DNA from: Elusimicrobiota bacterium
GTDB taxonomy: Bacteria; Elusimicrobiota; Elusimicrobia; UBA1565; UBA9628
DNA length: 27,084 nt
Direction of reading: 5' to 3'
NCBI GenBank assembly: GCA_027319565.1
Contig: DAHVNA010000030.1
Coordinates: 1 to 27,084, forward strand
Positions within the stretch are counted from its first letter, which is position 1; each line of letters opens with the position of its first letter. The position numbers and the translations under genes are program-made. The notes under the pieces are model-generated. The model had not been told where the DNA came from and searched no databases. It was given only the letters and a program-made list of their open reading frames with translations. Shown one piece after another: positions 17,048 to 27,026 of this stretch.

Positions 17048-17902
17048 ATGAAAAAAATGTGCGCGCTCGTTTTAATGTTGATCGCGGGAAGCTTTTCTTC
17101 GCCCGCTTTTTCAGGCGTGTTTAGCTCCCAACCTTCGGACCAACAAATCGAAAACGTGCTCAAAGCCCACCCCGATTTAATTTTGGACGTTCTGCGCGAG
17201 CATAAGTCCGAGCTTTACGACATCGTCAGCCAGGCTTTCCAGGAAGAGCAGGTCAAGCGGGAAAAAGAGGCCGAAAAGCAGGAACAAACCGAAGAAGAAG
17301 CGGCCTTTAAACATCCCTATCAACCGGTCATCAATAAAAACACCCTGATCCGCGGAAATAAAAACGCCAAATACACCCTGGTTGAATATTCCGATTTTCA
17401 ATGCCCTTATTGCGGCCGCGCCTTCCCGACGATTCAAGCGCTCAGGAAAAAATATGGTTCCAAAATGCGCTTTATTTACAAAAATATGCCGCTTCCCATG
17501 CACCCGCAATCGATGCCGGCGGCCGAATATTTCGAAGCGGTGGCCCTGCAATCCCGCAAAAAGGCTTGGCTGTTTAACGACAAGATGTATGAAAACCAAT
17601 CGCGGCTGGGACCGGAATTTTACAAGCAGACCATCAAAGAACTCGGACTCAACGTCAAGCAAGCGGAGAAAGACGCGAAATCTCAGCGCGTTCAAGACCT
17701 CATCCAAGCCGACATCAAAGAGGCGGAGAAATTTGGCTTTACCGGGACGCCTGGGTTTCTCTTAAACGGAGTTCCGATTCGCGGCGCTTATCCCGAAGGG
17801 AAATTTATTTCGATTATCGATCGTCTCAAACTCCACGGGAAAAAGCCCGCTTCCGTAAAAACGGCTTCCCAGGCCTCCGGGTCTTCTGGCGCGCAAAATT
17901 AA
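17048..17902 (+). CDS. DsbA-family thioredoxin-fold protein
   Basis: EYSDFQCPYC, MPLPMH, GFTGTPGFLLNG; signal peptide from ATG 17048 with SD AAAGGA. Confidence 0.9.
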   Translation: MKKMCALVLMLIAGSFSSPAFSGVFSSQPSDQQIENVLKAHPDLILDVLREHKSELYDIVSQAFQEEQVKREKEAEKQEQTEEEAAFKHPYQPVINKNTLIRGNKNAKYTLVEYSDFQCPYCGRAFPTIQALRKKYGSKMRFIYKNMPLPMHPQSMPAAEYFEAVALQSRKKAWLFNDKMYENQSRLGPEFYKQTIKELGLNVKQAEKDAKSQRVQDLIQADIKEAEKFGFTGTPGFLLNGVPIRGAYPEGKFISIIDRLKLHGKKPASVKTASQASGSSGAQN

Positions 17903-17916
17903 GCTCAGGGTTTTCG

Positions 17917-18519
17917 TCACGAACCCTTAAGGCCGCACAAGAGAGCGTAGTGGTAGGGAAACGTCCGTTCTTTGAGAACGGAAAAGCCGAAATTAAGAAC
18001 GCGAGAGCGTCCCTCTTGCGGGGAATAGACATGATCCCGCGGCGGCCCGACAGGGCGTTCTATTGCTGAATTCCAATCGACAAAAAGGACCTTGCCGGAA
18101 GGCTTGAGCAGCGCTTGAATTTCTTCCATCGCCCGGTCTCCCAACTCATGAAGAACGTTCAAAGCTAAAACCCCATCTGCGGTTTTTTTAAGGCGGGAAT
18201 ATTTCTCATCTTTAGTCCATAACGCCTTGATATTCCGCAGAGGGCTCTTGTCTAAATTTTGAGAGAAAAATTCGAGCATCTTTTCCTGCTCATCAATTCC
18301 AATAACCTCGATTTCGGGGCACAAGGCGGCAATCTCAATGGCATAAAGCCCGGTTCCCGCGCCAAAATCAATCAAAAGCTCCTTGGGAAGAAGCCCCAAA
18401 AGAGAGATTAAATCCTTGGGCGGAAGATAATCAAAGCGACTCCGGTCATTTAATGACGCGGCGCGCTCCGGATTAAAACGCTCCGGCTGGCGGGCTCCAT
18501 GTCGATCGTGTTCCACCAC
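17917..18519 (-). CDS. Class I SAM-dependent methyltransferase
   Basis: LIDFGAGTG motif I, VLHEL, LKPSGKVLFVDW, GPP. Confidence 0.88.
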   Translation of the reverse strand: MVEHDRHGARQPERFNPERAASLNDRSRFDYLPPKDLISLLGLLPKELLIDFGAGTGLYAIEIAALCPEIEVIGIDEQEKMLEFFSQNLDKSPLRNIKALWTKDEKYSRLKKTADGVLALNVLHELGDRAMEEIQALLKPSGKVLFVDWNSAIERPVGPPRDHVYSPQEGRSRVLNFGFSVLKERTFPYHYALLCGLKGS

Positions 18520-18525
18520 GGAAGA

Positions 18526-18714
18526 TTATTTCCCGACAGTAGATATCTTGCACAGGCTGTAGGCCGGGCAATAGCGAAAAATGCCCGTCAAAACCGGAAC
18601 AATTCCAATCAGTCCCCACCAGGTTTTAGGCCCCCAGAAAACAAGCGAGATTAAAACCAGCCCGACAATAATTCTCAGCCAACGGTCCCAGCTTCCTACA
18701 TTGATTTGAATCAT
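18526..18714 (-). CDS. DUF2892 (YgaP-like) small membrane protein
   Basis: NVGSWDRWLRIIVG...WGLIGIVPVLTG...CPAY; strong SD GGAGGAG. Confidence 0.9.
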   Translation of the reverse strand: MIQINVGSWDRWLRIIVGLVLISLVFWGPKTWWGLIGIVPVLTGIFRYCPAYSLCKISTVGK

Positions 18715-18749
18715 AACTCCTCCCGAGGCTCTATCACGGAGCCTTAATC

Positions 18750-18779
18750 TTTAGATGCCGAAAAGCCAAAAAGGATTCA
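18750..18779 (-). promoter_or_regulatory. Second copy of the TGAATCCTTTTTGGC-N7-CATCTAAA motif
   Basis: 15-nt and 8-nt blocks identical to those at 90-120; ends 35 nt upstream of the DUF2892 ATG. Confidence 0.55.
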
Positions 18780-19115
18780 CCGCCTTGGCCCCCGGCCGAT
18801 GACGATTGTTCCCTGAACTCGAGAAAAGAAAACAAAAATCGCCAACACGCAGGCCAAAAACCCCATGACCATCAATGGAATGCCAAAGGGAAGCCCGATG
18901 ACGGTCAAGACTAAAACCAGGCCTGCCCCCATCATCCCAAGACCAATCAAAGCCAGTAGAAAGCTTAACGCCGCCTTGGACAAAAATCGGCTAAGCCAGG
19001 AACGCGGGGACGGTCTTTCCTCAACAAAGGGATCTCGTTTGACATCCTCATCTACAATCTCGGCCTCGACAATTCTCGGAGAAGGCTCTTCGGGAGGCGT
19101 AGGAAAATATTCCAT
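18777..19115 (-). CDS. Hypothetical membrane protein
   Basis: Two hydrophobic helices (LTVIGLPFGIPL); fits within the operon. Confidence 0.7.
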   Translation of the reverse strand: MEYFPTPPEEPSPRIVEAEIVDEDVKRDPFVEERPSPRSWLSRFLSKAALSFLLALIGLGMMGAGLVLVLTVIGLPFGIPLMVMGFLACVLAIFVFFSRVQGTIVIGRGPRR

Positions 19116-19119
19116 TAAA

Positions 19120-19575
19120 TTAATTGATGAGCGTATGCCCGTTTTCTCTCAACCAGCGCCTCTGAATTTTATACTCCGGACAGAATTTTCCAACCCGGGC
19201 CCAGAATTCTTTTGAATGATTTAAATGAGACAAATGGCAGAGCTCGTGAATCACGACATAATCCCGGACCTCGGGCGGCGCCAAGACAAGCTTCCAGTTA
19301 AAATTGAGATTTCCTTTTTGCGAGCAACTCCCCCAGCGGGTTCTTTGTTCCCGAATGGCAATTCGGCCATAGCGAACGCCCATCTGAGAAGACCAATACT
19401 CAACGGAAGAAGAAAGAATTTCCCGCGCCTTTTGGCGAGAGGGAACAGTCTTGTTGGTCGGTTTAACGCCGTCCAAAGCCGGTAACGGCAAAAAAATTTC
19501 CCGCAAGTCCTTTTTTAAGCGCTCCAAGAAGTCGCGCGTTTCTTGGATGGACGGAAAAACCTCCGGCAGATTCAT
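19120..19575 (-). CDS. YgjP-like (DUF45) zinc metallohydrolase
   Basis: QRTRWGSCS, LNFNWKL, DYVVIHELCHL..LNHSKEFW (HExxH). Confidence 0.9.
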   Translation of the reverse strand: MNLPEVFPSIQETRDFLERLKKDLREIFLPLPALDGVKPTNKTVPSRQKAREILSSSVEYWSSQMGVRYGRIAIREQRTRWGSCSQKGNLNFNWKLVLAPPEVRDYVVIHELCHLSHLNHSKEFWARVGKFCPEYKIQRRWLRENGHTLIN

Positions 19576-19578
19576 GGA

Positions 19579-20967
19579 TTATCTCCAGGAATATTCGACG
19601 ACATAGTTAATTTTGGAAGAGGAATTTTTCTTGACCGGGATTTCAAAAATAATGGTCTGCGCGTCTTTTTTCTTCCATTTTCGATCTGAGGAAACTATCT
19701 TCCACTTTGACCAGCGGTAGAGATGTTCAATGACCTCCACTGAAATGTCAGAGTCTTTCCGGTTTGTCAGAGTAATCTCAAAGCCTTCTTTGGTTTTCTT
19801 GGATTCGGTCTCAAACAGAACGCGCTTGCGCCGGCCAAGCACGTCAAAAGCCCGCCCAACGTGAATTTCCGCTTTTTCCCCCTTCGCCAAAGGAGCGAAG
19901 GAATCTCCACCGATCCACTCCAAGGACCCGTCTTTATCTCTTTGATAGAACTGAATCATTCCAGGGGGAAGGGCCAGTCCCAAATGCGAGGATTTTACAT
20001 TCTGGAGCTTAAAAATGACTTGAACCTCTCCCTGGCTTTGCGATCCATAGTCGGGGTTGCTCCGCGTGTATTGATTAAAATCTCCCAAGATATCCGAGGC
20101 ATCATAGATGTAAACTTTTTGGACGGGAATATCCTTGGCCTGTCCAAAAGAAATCCGCCGAGTCCTTTCGTTGAGATTGACAGTTCCTGGAATATTATAA
20201 ACGTGATATTCAAAAAAAGCCCGCCCCTTTGCGATTATATTTGGAGCGGCGGCCAGGGCGCGAAATAAAGGCCGCGGGCGCGGCGGCGCAGCGGACGCTT
20301 GATTGGGGCTTCCGGCCACAAGTTTAATTTTCGATTGAGGGAAATCGCGCCCGGAACGGTTATGAACGCTCGCCCAAACGCTTAAGTCCATTCGGTTTGA
20401 AGGCGCGTTGACGACGGCGGCGTAATCGGCCTCCCAAGACAAGCCGCTCGTTAGATAATCCGTTTCGAATTGATGCTGCCCCGCATGGAAGACCTTAAGT
20501 TTCCATTTGAGAGTCGGTTTGAGCCGAAGATCGTCCGGAGGCGATTTTAAGACAAAGGTTCCCGGAGGATTCAGATAAATTCTACCCTCGGACTCTACTA
20601 CATTAAGATTCTGCCGCGACTCAATCAAAACGCCTCTCAAGATATGTAGGAGAGACGACGCGGTGTTTGTCTCTTCAACTCTTATTTTTTGCCCGATAAA
20701 ATTTTTAAGGATTTCTTCTTTATTGGACAACCCCGGATCAAAATTCTCCTCGAGAACTTCGACATCGGCAGCCCCGTTTAAAGCGCGGATTTGGACGCTG
20801 TTGGGCTCAAATCCAATGGGGACCGGATAAGAACTGGTATAGACAACCCCCGCTGGAAGATCAAAGGTCCTGCGTTCCTTAACGAGCGCCTGATTGTCGC
20901 TATAAATCGTGATCTGGGCGGCGCGCGACGAAGCCCCAAACGCCAGAGCCGCGAGGAAAAGAATCAT
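19579..20967 (-). CDS. DUF4139-domain exported protein
   Basis: ITIYSDNQALVKERR, YLTSGLSWEADY, LGLALPPG, GRAFDV; signal peptide from ATG 20967 (the longer ORF overlaps the upstream gene). Confidence 0.85.
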   Translation of the reverse strand: MILFLAALAFGASSRAAQITIYSDNQALVKERRTFDLPAGVVYTSSYPVPIGFEPNSVQIRALNGAADVEVLEENFDPGLSNKEEILKNFIGQKIRVEETNTASSLLHILRGVLIESRQNLNVVESEGRIYLNPPGTFVLKSPPDDLRLKPTLKWKLKVFHAGQHQFETDYLTSGLSWEADYAAVVNAPSNRMDLSVWASVHNRSGRDFPQSKIKLVAGSPNQASAAPPRPRPLFRALAAAPNIIAKGRAFFEYHVYNIPGTVNLNERTRRISFGQAKDIPVQKVYIYDASDILGDFNQYTRSNPDYGSQSQGEVQVIFKLQNVKSSHLGLALPPGMIQFYQRDKDGSLEWIGGDSFAPLAKGEKAEIHVGRAFDVLGRRKRVLFETESKKTKEGFEITLTNRKDSDISVEVIEHLYRWSKWKIVSSDRKWKKKDAQTIIFEIPVKKNSSSKINYVVEYSWR

Positions 20968-20983
20968 TCCGGGGTGAAAATCC

Positions 20984-21787
20984 CTAATTTTGACCAGGAC
21001 GAAGAGTAATCGGGGTCGCCTTTTCCATATCCTGATAGAGCGGCATGTCGATCTGAAGATAACCGTTATGAGCGTCCTCGATGTCCGAGATCGGCATATC
21101 GACCATCGCGTGAACCGTAATGCCGTCCACGCCCAAATCGTCCGGGCCCTGGATCGAGTAGGTGACGATACTTCCGAGGATAAATGGATATTTCGGATAA
21201 TTGGGATTCGTGAACTCGAATTTATCCTGATTATAAAGCACTTGGGTCTTCTTATCACCGATCAACATCGCTTGGATTTGAAACGGCTTTCCATCCTTGG
21301 AGACGCCCGAATCGACGGTGATCGCCGCGAAATCATATTTCGTGAAAAGCGTCTTGGCGACCCCCCGGGAGATGTAGAAAATATGCGGGGTCGTCAGACC
21401 GTTATCGGTTAAAAAATTGACGTCGTTGTATCCCGCCGCGACGGCGGCCGCCACGATCGGGTCAAGGGCTGAAAACGAAATCGCGTGGACTTGCGAAATA
21501 TCCAAACCCGGAACCCGGCTCAAAACCCAATTTCGGATCGCCTGGTTCGGAGCGCCCAGGCTACGCCACAACTCTTCCGTGATCAGCGGCCCGCCCGAAT
21601 TACCGGCAAATCTCTGTTCCACGAGGACCGGTCTCGGAGGCCGGGGCACGGAAGTCGTTCGGATCAGCTCACGGAACGGCACCACGGGGGAAACAATCGG
21701 CGCAACTTTTTCCAAAACTGCTCCAGGATCAACGACACCCTGAGCCATCACCGGCAAGGACATCCAGACCAGTAGAATATTGATCAT
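20984..21787 (-). CDS. Hypothetical secreted protein
   Basis: Short signal-like N-terminus MINILLVWMSLPVMAQ; first gene after a sigma70-like promoter. Confidence 0.7.
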   Translation of the reverse strand: MINILLVWMSLPVMAQGVVDPGAVLEKVAPIVSPVVPFRELIRTTSVPRPPRPVLVEQRFAGNSGGPLITEELWRSLGAPNQAIRNWVLSRVPGLDISQVHAISFSALDPIVAAAVAAGYNDVNFLTDNGLTTPHIFYISRGVAKTLFTKYDFAAITVDSGVSKDGKPFQIQAMLIGDKKTQVLYNQDKFEFTNPNYPKYPFILGSIVTYSIQGPDDLGVDGITVHAMVDMPISDIEDAHNGYLQIDMPLYQDMEKATPITLRPGQN

Positions 21788-21793
21788 ACCCGC

Positions 21794-21823
21794 ATTATTA
21801 CAAAGCCCTCAAGCAATTGTCAA
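21794..21823 (-). promoter_or_regulatory. Sigma70-like promoter TTGACA-N17/18-TAATAAT, likely leaderless
   Basis: TTGACA at 21823-21818, TAATAAT at 21800-21794, ATG 6 nt later, no SD. Confidence 0.5.
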
Positions 21824-21869
21824 ACAAAAATGAGAACTCCGACAGGGTCCAAAGACCTAGAAGGTCCCA

Positions 21870-23081
21870 TCAATCGATGATCTCAAGAAGAGCGAAATGG
21901 AGATACTCGGTTTCCGGCATCGCCAGCAAAATCGGGTGATCAAGAGCCTGAGGCCTCAAGCTCACAAGCCGAACGCTTTTCCGGGCCTTGGCCGCGGCCT
22001 GACGCAGAATCGAGACAAACAGCTCCCGGCTGACATGATGAGAACACGTGCTCGTCGCTAAAAGCCCGCCCCGAGGCAAAGCCTTTAAAGCCAGGCTATT
22101 GAGCCGAACATACAGGCGCTCCGACTTTAAAAGGTCCTTGCGCGAAGAAACCAGGCTGGGCGGGTCCAACAAGATCATGTCCGGAGACGCGCCAAGGTTT
22201 TCCGCCAGGGAAACAAGCTCTTCTTCGGCGTCTTTCTTTTCGAATCTCGCGAGGGCAGAAACCCCGTTTAAGGCCGCGTTTTGATTGGCCAGGGAAACCG
22301 CGTCTTGAGAGCTGTCAAAACCCACGACCGACTTGGCCCCGAATTTAGCGGCATTGATTCCAAAAGTTCCGACATAGGAGTAGAAATCAATTACGGTTCT
22401 CCCCGGGAAATAAGGCCTCAGAAAAACCCGATTCTCCGATTGATCGAAATAAAAACCGGTTTTTTGAGCGGCGACAATGGGAACCGAAAACTTAAGCCCG
22501 AAATCATCGATCTCGACAAAAGGAGGAATTTCTCCATAGTGGGTTTTTTCTTCCAGCGGAAGACCTTCTAAAGCCCGGCTCTTATGATCGTTTCTAAGGT
22601 AAATCCCGGAAGGGTTCAGCAATTTTAAAAGCGCCTCTGAAATTTGAGACAAGCGCTTTTCCATTCCGGCGGATAAAATCTGCAAGACTAAAACCGAGCC
22701 ATAGCGGTCGATGACCAAGCCCGGAAGTCCGTCTGATTCGCCAAAACAAAGCCGATAAAACGGAGGCCGTCCGGGATAAACCCTTTCCCGATACGCCAGC
22801 GCCTCTAAAAACCGTTGGTAGAAGAAATGAGAATCAATCGATTCCAAGCGCTTGCGCGAAAGAATACGAACGGCAATGAGGCTATGCGGATTATAAAATC
22901 CAAGTCCTAGAAATTCTCCGGAAAATGAAAAAACTTCTCCCAAATCTCCGCTTTCAAACTTTCCGCTGACCCCCGCAATTTCATTGGAAAAAATCCATGA
23001 ATGTCCGGAGAGAATCCGTCTTTCTTCATTTCGTTTAAGCTTGATCTTAAGTTCCGCCCCACGGCTCAATTCCATCGGCAT
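21870..23081 (-). CDS. rlmI: RlmI-like PUA-domain rRNA m5C methyltransferase
   Basis: GHSWIFSNEI, GESDGLPGLVIDRYG, QKTGFYFDQ, LDPP, TCSHH, ETEYL. Confidence 0.85.
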   Translation of the reverse strand: MPMELSRGAELKIKLKRNEERRILSGHSWIFSNEIAGVSGKFESGDLGEVFSFSGEFLGLGFYNPHSLIAVRILSRKRLESIDSHFFYQRFLEALAYRERVYPGRPPFYRLCFGESDGLPGLVIDRYGSVLVLQILSAGMEKRLSQISEALLKLLNPSGIYLRNDHKSRALEGLPLEEKTHYGEIPPFVEIDDFGLKFSVPIVAAQKTGFYFDQSENRVFLRPYFPGRTVIDFYSYVGTFGINAAKFGAKSVVGFDSSQDAVSLANQNAALNGVSALARFEKKDAEEELVSLAENLGASPDMILLDPPSLVSSRKDLLKSERLYVRLNSLALKALPRGGLLATSTCSHHVSRELFVSILRQAAAKARKSVRLVSLRPQALDHPILLAMPETEYLHFALLEIID

Positions 23082-23863
23082 TCTATTTTTTCTCCAATTT
23101 GAGACTTAAATCGAGCGGCAAAACTGCCATCCCTAACCGCCAGCTCCAAAAGCCCAAAAGAGCTGTCGAGGCAAAGAGGGCGATTTTTGGGGACTTCCGC
23201 GTAATGCCGCCGCAAGGGGCCCACGCTTTTTCCCCTAAAGAAAATTTCGGGATCGCGCTTAAAGTTTAAAACGCGCAATTTTGACGCTTCTATATTGCTG
23301 ATGCAATTTCCAAAGCGATCGATGAAAATGATTTTTCCCTCGGCCTTCCCCGGTTTTAAAAGAGGCTGGGGCCAGGGATCATTGACCTTTTTTAAGGTTT
23401 TGGGCCCCAAAAGACGAACGGGCTTGCCTTTAATTAATTCCACGGCGACAGGCGCAAAGATATCGCGGCCATGAAAGGTATTGGAAATATCGGAGTTCAT
23501 CCATTCCCGGCTAGAGACAATCCGCGATTCAAGAATCGGCTCTTGAATCCAGCTTAAAACTCCGTTATCCGGCGCTAAAAACTGATGCCGACGGGTTTTA
23601 ACCCACAAGATATTTCTTTGGGAGCCCACTCCGGGGTCGACTACGCAGACAAACAAGGCGCCCGCAGGGAAATAGGGCGTCGCGGCGCGAAGAAAAAAAG
23701 CCGCCTCTTTCACATTTTGAGGAGAAACCTCATGCGAGAGATCAATTATTTTCGCTTCCGGAACCTTCGATGCAATGACTCCCTTGAGGATGCCGAGATA
23801 GGGATCCTTGAGGCCAAAATCAGTCAGTAAAACGATTAAGCCCGGAGTCTTTTTTTCCTTCAC
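23066..23863 (-). CDS. DUF62 SAM hydroxide adenosyltransferase (SAM hydrolase/halogenase family)
   Basis: LLTDFGLKDPY, VVDPGVGSQR, APDNG, TFHGRDIFAP, IDRFGN. Confidence 0.9.
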   Translation of the reverse strand: MKEKKTPGLIVLLTDFGLKDPYLGILKGVIASKVPEAKIIDLSHEVSPQNVKEAAFFLRAATPYFPAGALFVCVVDPGVGSQRNILWVKTRRHQFLAPDNGVLSWIQEPILESRIVSSREWMNSDISNTFHGRDIFAPVAVELIKGKPVRLLGPKTLKKVNDPWPQPLLKPGKAEGKIIFIDRFGNCISNIEASKLRVLNFKRDPEIFFRGKSVGPLRRHYAEVPKNRPLCLDSSFGLLELAVRDGSFAARFKSQIGEKIECRWN

Positions 23864-25173
23864 GATGTAATGCCGGACCTCTCTAAAAGCTGTTCAACGG
23901 AATTTTTATAATCGGAAAGGTCAAAACAACGGTCCAGATCTTTTCGGGAAAGCCGCTTGCTTACGCTGGGATCCGCGGCGATGATTGAGCGAAAGGGCTG
24001 GCGCGTTTGCCAGCACTTCATCGCATTTTTCTGGACCACCTCATATGCCTTTAAGCGCTCCATTCCGGAATCAATCAAAGACAAAAGGACGCGCTGCGAA
24101 AACATCAGCCCATAAGAGCGGTTCATATTTTCCTTCATTCTCTCCGGATAGACCAAGAGCCCGGACAGAACGTTTTTAAAACGGTTAAGCATAAAATCAA
24201 GCAATATACAGGCATCGGGCAAAATAACGCGCTCAACGGAAGAGTGACTGATATCTCTTTCATGCCACAGGGCAATATCCTCAAGCGCGGCCGGGGCATA
24301 GGAGCGCATGAGTCTTGAAAGGCCGACCAAATTCTCGCAAAGAACCGGATTTCTTTTATGCGGCATCGCCGAAGATCCCTTTTGCCCCGCGGCAAAGGGC
24401 TCTTCAAGCTCGAGGGTTTCCGTCTTTTGAAGATGCCGAATTTCCGTCGCCCAGCGCTCGATTCCAGCCGCGATTAAAACCAGAGCCTGGATAAATTCCG
24501 CGTGGCGATCGCGGGGAATGACTTGAGTTGAGATCGGCTCGAAGTTAAGCCCCAGGCGAAGACACACCTGGGCCTCTAAAGTCGGCGGAATCTGGGAAAA
24601 AGTCCCGACCGCGCCGGAAAGTTTTCCATAGGAAATCGCGTCCTTGGCCCTGAGGAGCCTTTCTTTTCCGCGCAAAGCCTCGGCATGCCAGGAAGCGAAT
24701 TTAAGACCCAAGGTCATCGGCTCCGCGTGAACCCCGTGGGTGCGGCCCGCCATCCAGGTCATCGCGTGTTTTTTAGCCAAGCTTTTAAGTTCGGCCAAAA
24801 CAGAATCAAGCCCTTTTACAAGCAAATCGGCCGCTTCCCGCATTTGAAGCGCCAAAGCGGTATCTAAAACATCGGAGGAGGTTAAGCCGTAATGGAGATA
24901 GCGCAAAAGATTGGGCGCCTTGCCGTTAAGTTCCGAAGCGATGGCGGAAATAAGGGCAACCACATCGTGATTGGTTTTAGCTTCGGCCTCTTTTGATTTT
25001 TTAACCAGACTATGCCCCTTAAGAGAAGCTAAAATTGAAATTTCAGACTCCGATATCCCCTTTTCCTTGCCCAGGGCCGCGACAAATTCTTTTTCGACTT
25101 CGATCATCGCCTTGATCCGGTTTTCATCGCTCCAGAGGCGACTCATTTCTGGACGGCTATAGCGTTCAATCAT
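23860..25173 (-). CDS. purB: Adenylosuccinate lyase
   Basis: MIERYSRPEM, HYGLTSSD, GRTHGVHAEP, GSSAMPHKRNP signature, HERDISHSSVER. Confidence 0.97.
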   Translation of the reverse strand: MIERYSRPEMSRLWSDENRIKAMIEVEKEFVAALGKEKGISESEISILASLKGHSLVKKSKEAEAKTNHDVVALISAIASELNGKAPNLLRYLHYGLTSSDVLDTALALQMREAADLLVKGLDSVLAELKSLAKKHAMTWMAGRTHGVHAEPMTLGLKFASWHAEALRGKERLLRAKDAISYGKLSGAVGTFSQIPPTLEAQVCLRLGLNFEPISTQVIPRDRHAEFIQALVLIAAGIERWATEIRHLQKTETLELEEPFAAGQKGSSAMPHKRNPVLCENLVGLSRLMRSYAPAALEDIALWHERDISHSSVERVILPDACILLDFMLNRFKNVLSGLLVYPERMKENMNRSYGLMFSQRVLLSLIDSGMERLKAYEVVQKNAMKCWQTRQPFRSIIAADPSVSKRLSRKDLDRCFDLSDYKNSVEQLLERSGITS

Positions 25174-25184
25174 AATGTTCCCCT

Positions 25185-27026
25185 TTAGAATTTTAACCTT
25201 CTTAAAGATCGAAAACGAATTCTCTCTTCCCTGCGCCCGCGCTTGACATCCCCCTCGATTTCTCCGGCCTTGATCTTGCTCAGCCTCGGTTCGACATCGG
25301 GATGATTGAGGTCTCCGGTCACGCGAAAACCAATGGCGGGCCGCCCCAATTCATCCACCCACCACTCCGGCAGCGGCGCGCTGTAGTGAGTCAGCCTGGT
25401 TAAAACGCTCATGTCGATTTTTTCCTTGGCGAAATCGGCCTTGCCTTGCGCATAAGCGATGAGTTCCGGACCATTGACGTAGGAAAATCGGGTCGTAATC
25501 ACTCCGTTTCTAATTCCGTACTCCCCTTGGATTTCGTTAAAGTCCAGGGTTTTGGGATACGCCTTGGCCGCGCTTAGAACGGAGAGACTGTTCATCTTAT
25601 GCATATAGACATATGGCAAGAAAATAATTTTAAGCAATTTGTGAGATTTTTGAAGAGACTCGATGTCTTTAACTTCTCCTTTCCCCAAAGTGATTCCCGC
25701 TTCCCCGCTCAGATGATTCAGGCGCGGGGTCACCCCCTGCAGCTTCCAAAGGAGATTGACATTCTTGACGAAAAAATCGTTCTGGACAATCTCGCCGATA
25801 TGAATGCCCCCCATGGTATTGGGAAACTTTTTAGGAATAAAACTCTTAAATTGCCTGACCCAGCGTTTTTGCCATGATTCTCCCGCCTGAGGCAAACGGG
25901 CGGAATGAGATTTTTCTTGGGAGTCCAAATTCCGCATCTGTTCGAGAAAGTTTTCCACTTGTTCATAATCAATCTTGTTAATCGAACCCGCGATCGCGAC
26001 CATTCGCGGTTTGGGGAGCGGGAAAACCCGCCCTTTCCCGCGAAAAACAGAACCCTTCCATTTAAAATAAAGAGAGCGTATGCGCAGATCGCGCTTGTTG
26101 AGAAGCAGAAAATTCCCGTTGACTTTTGAAAACGTGTTCGACGCGGTCCGCACCTCGGAATCTCTCGCATGAAAAGACATCTTGGCAAAATTGTCCAAAG
26201 AGGCAAAATCAAGATGCCGGGCTTTTTCCCTAACTCCAAAAATGCGGGAACTAAAATTTTCAGCCGAAAAAGTCGAATTCTCTATCCGCATTTGTTTAAA
26301 CGTTCCATTGACCTGCGCCGACGCGCTCACAGTTCCTTTCAAACGGTAGACTTTCACGGGCGGGAAAATGGAATCCGCAAAATCGAGGGGAAAATCGGAG
26401 ACGCTCACCGCCAAACGCGCCTGCGGAAAAGAATTTTTAGGAAGAGAAATTTCTCCCTCCGCCGATCCATTAAGAGATCCTGCCACAATCGTAAAACGGC
26501 GGAGATAAATATCCGCGCTTGAAATATCCGCATCGAATTCGCAATCGCTTTGCGGGAGGTGCACATTCCAGCGTTTCCCTAAAAGATTTTCCCAATCGCT
26601 GGGTTCCAATGCCGGCAAATGAAGAGAAGCGTCAAGATTGGGACTTTTAAATCCCACCAGCCTCAATGAACCGGAAACAGAGTAGCTGGAAGACTTGAGC
26701 GTAAATTTTTCAGCCCTTAAAAAAGCCCGGTCCATATTAAAACCGTCAAAATCGGCGACTCCTTTAAAAGTCAAGGAAACGTTCACCGGACGAGACTTTA
26801 CAACACCCGCGACTTCGCCGTTTAAATGAAGAAAAGACGGATGATAAAAATCAAAAGGTTTAAGATCGCCTTCGACTAGGTGGACATTCAGGGTCGTACT
26901 CGATTGAGCGTCCTCAACTTGGATATGCCCCTCTTCAATCGATAAGCCGGAGGGAGATAAAACCAGCGAAAGCGGAATTTTCCCAAAAATATTTATTTCT
27001 TTATTTTCCCGAATCCGAGTTTGAAC
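25185..27026 (-). CDS. AsmA-like beta-rich envelope protein; 5' part uncertain, possibly frameshifted
   Basis: Alternating beta-strand pattern and C-terminal FNEIQGEY..RNG, G.ADF, GDLNHPDV; frame open from 27026, first standard start GTG at 26786. Confidence 0.65.
   Translation of the reverse strand, partial: VQTRIRENKEINIFGKIPLSLVLSPSGLSIEEGHIQVEDAQSSTTLNVHLVEGDLKPFDFYHPSFLHLNGEVAGVVKSRPVNVSLTFKGVADFDGFNMDRAFLRAEKFTLKSSSYSVSGSLRLVGFKSPNLDASLHLPALEPSDWENLLGKRWNVHLPQSDCEFDADISSADIYLRRFTIVAGSLNGSAEGEISLPKNSFPQARLAVSVSDFPLDFADSIFPPVKVYRLKGTVSASAQVNGTFKQMRIENSTFSAENFSSRIFGVREKARHLDFASLDNFAKMSFHARDSEVRTASNTFSKVNGNFLLLNKRDLRIRSLYFKWKGSVFRGKGRVFPLPKPRMVAIAGSINKIDYEQVENFLEQMRNLDSQEKSHSARLPQAGESWQKRWVRQFKSFIPKKFPNTMGGIHIGEIVQNDFFVKNVNLLWKLQGVTPRLNHLSGEAGITLGKGEVKDIESLQKSHKLLKIIFLPYVYMHKMNSLSVLSAAKAYPKTLDFNEIQGEYGIRNGVITTRFSYVNGPELIAYAQGKADFAKEKIDMSVLTRLTHYSAPLPEWWVDELGRPAIGFRVTGDLNHPDVEPRLSKIKAGEIEGDVKRGRREERIRFRSLRRLKF

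Noticed and set aside
20968..21258. N-terminal extensions of the DUF4139, LOG and DsbA ORFs in the ORF track
   Set aside because: They overlap neighbouring genes or promoter regions; downstream starts give better signal peptides or SDs
23066..23863. Fluorinase/chlorinase
   Set aside because: Has the Asp/Arg/His motifs (VVDPGVGSQR, TFHGRD) of DUF62 SAM hydrolases and lies in a housekeeping context
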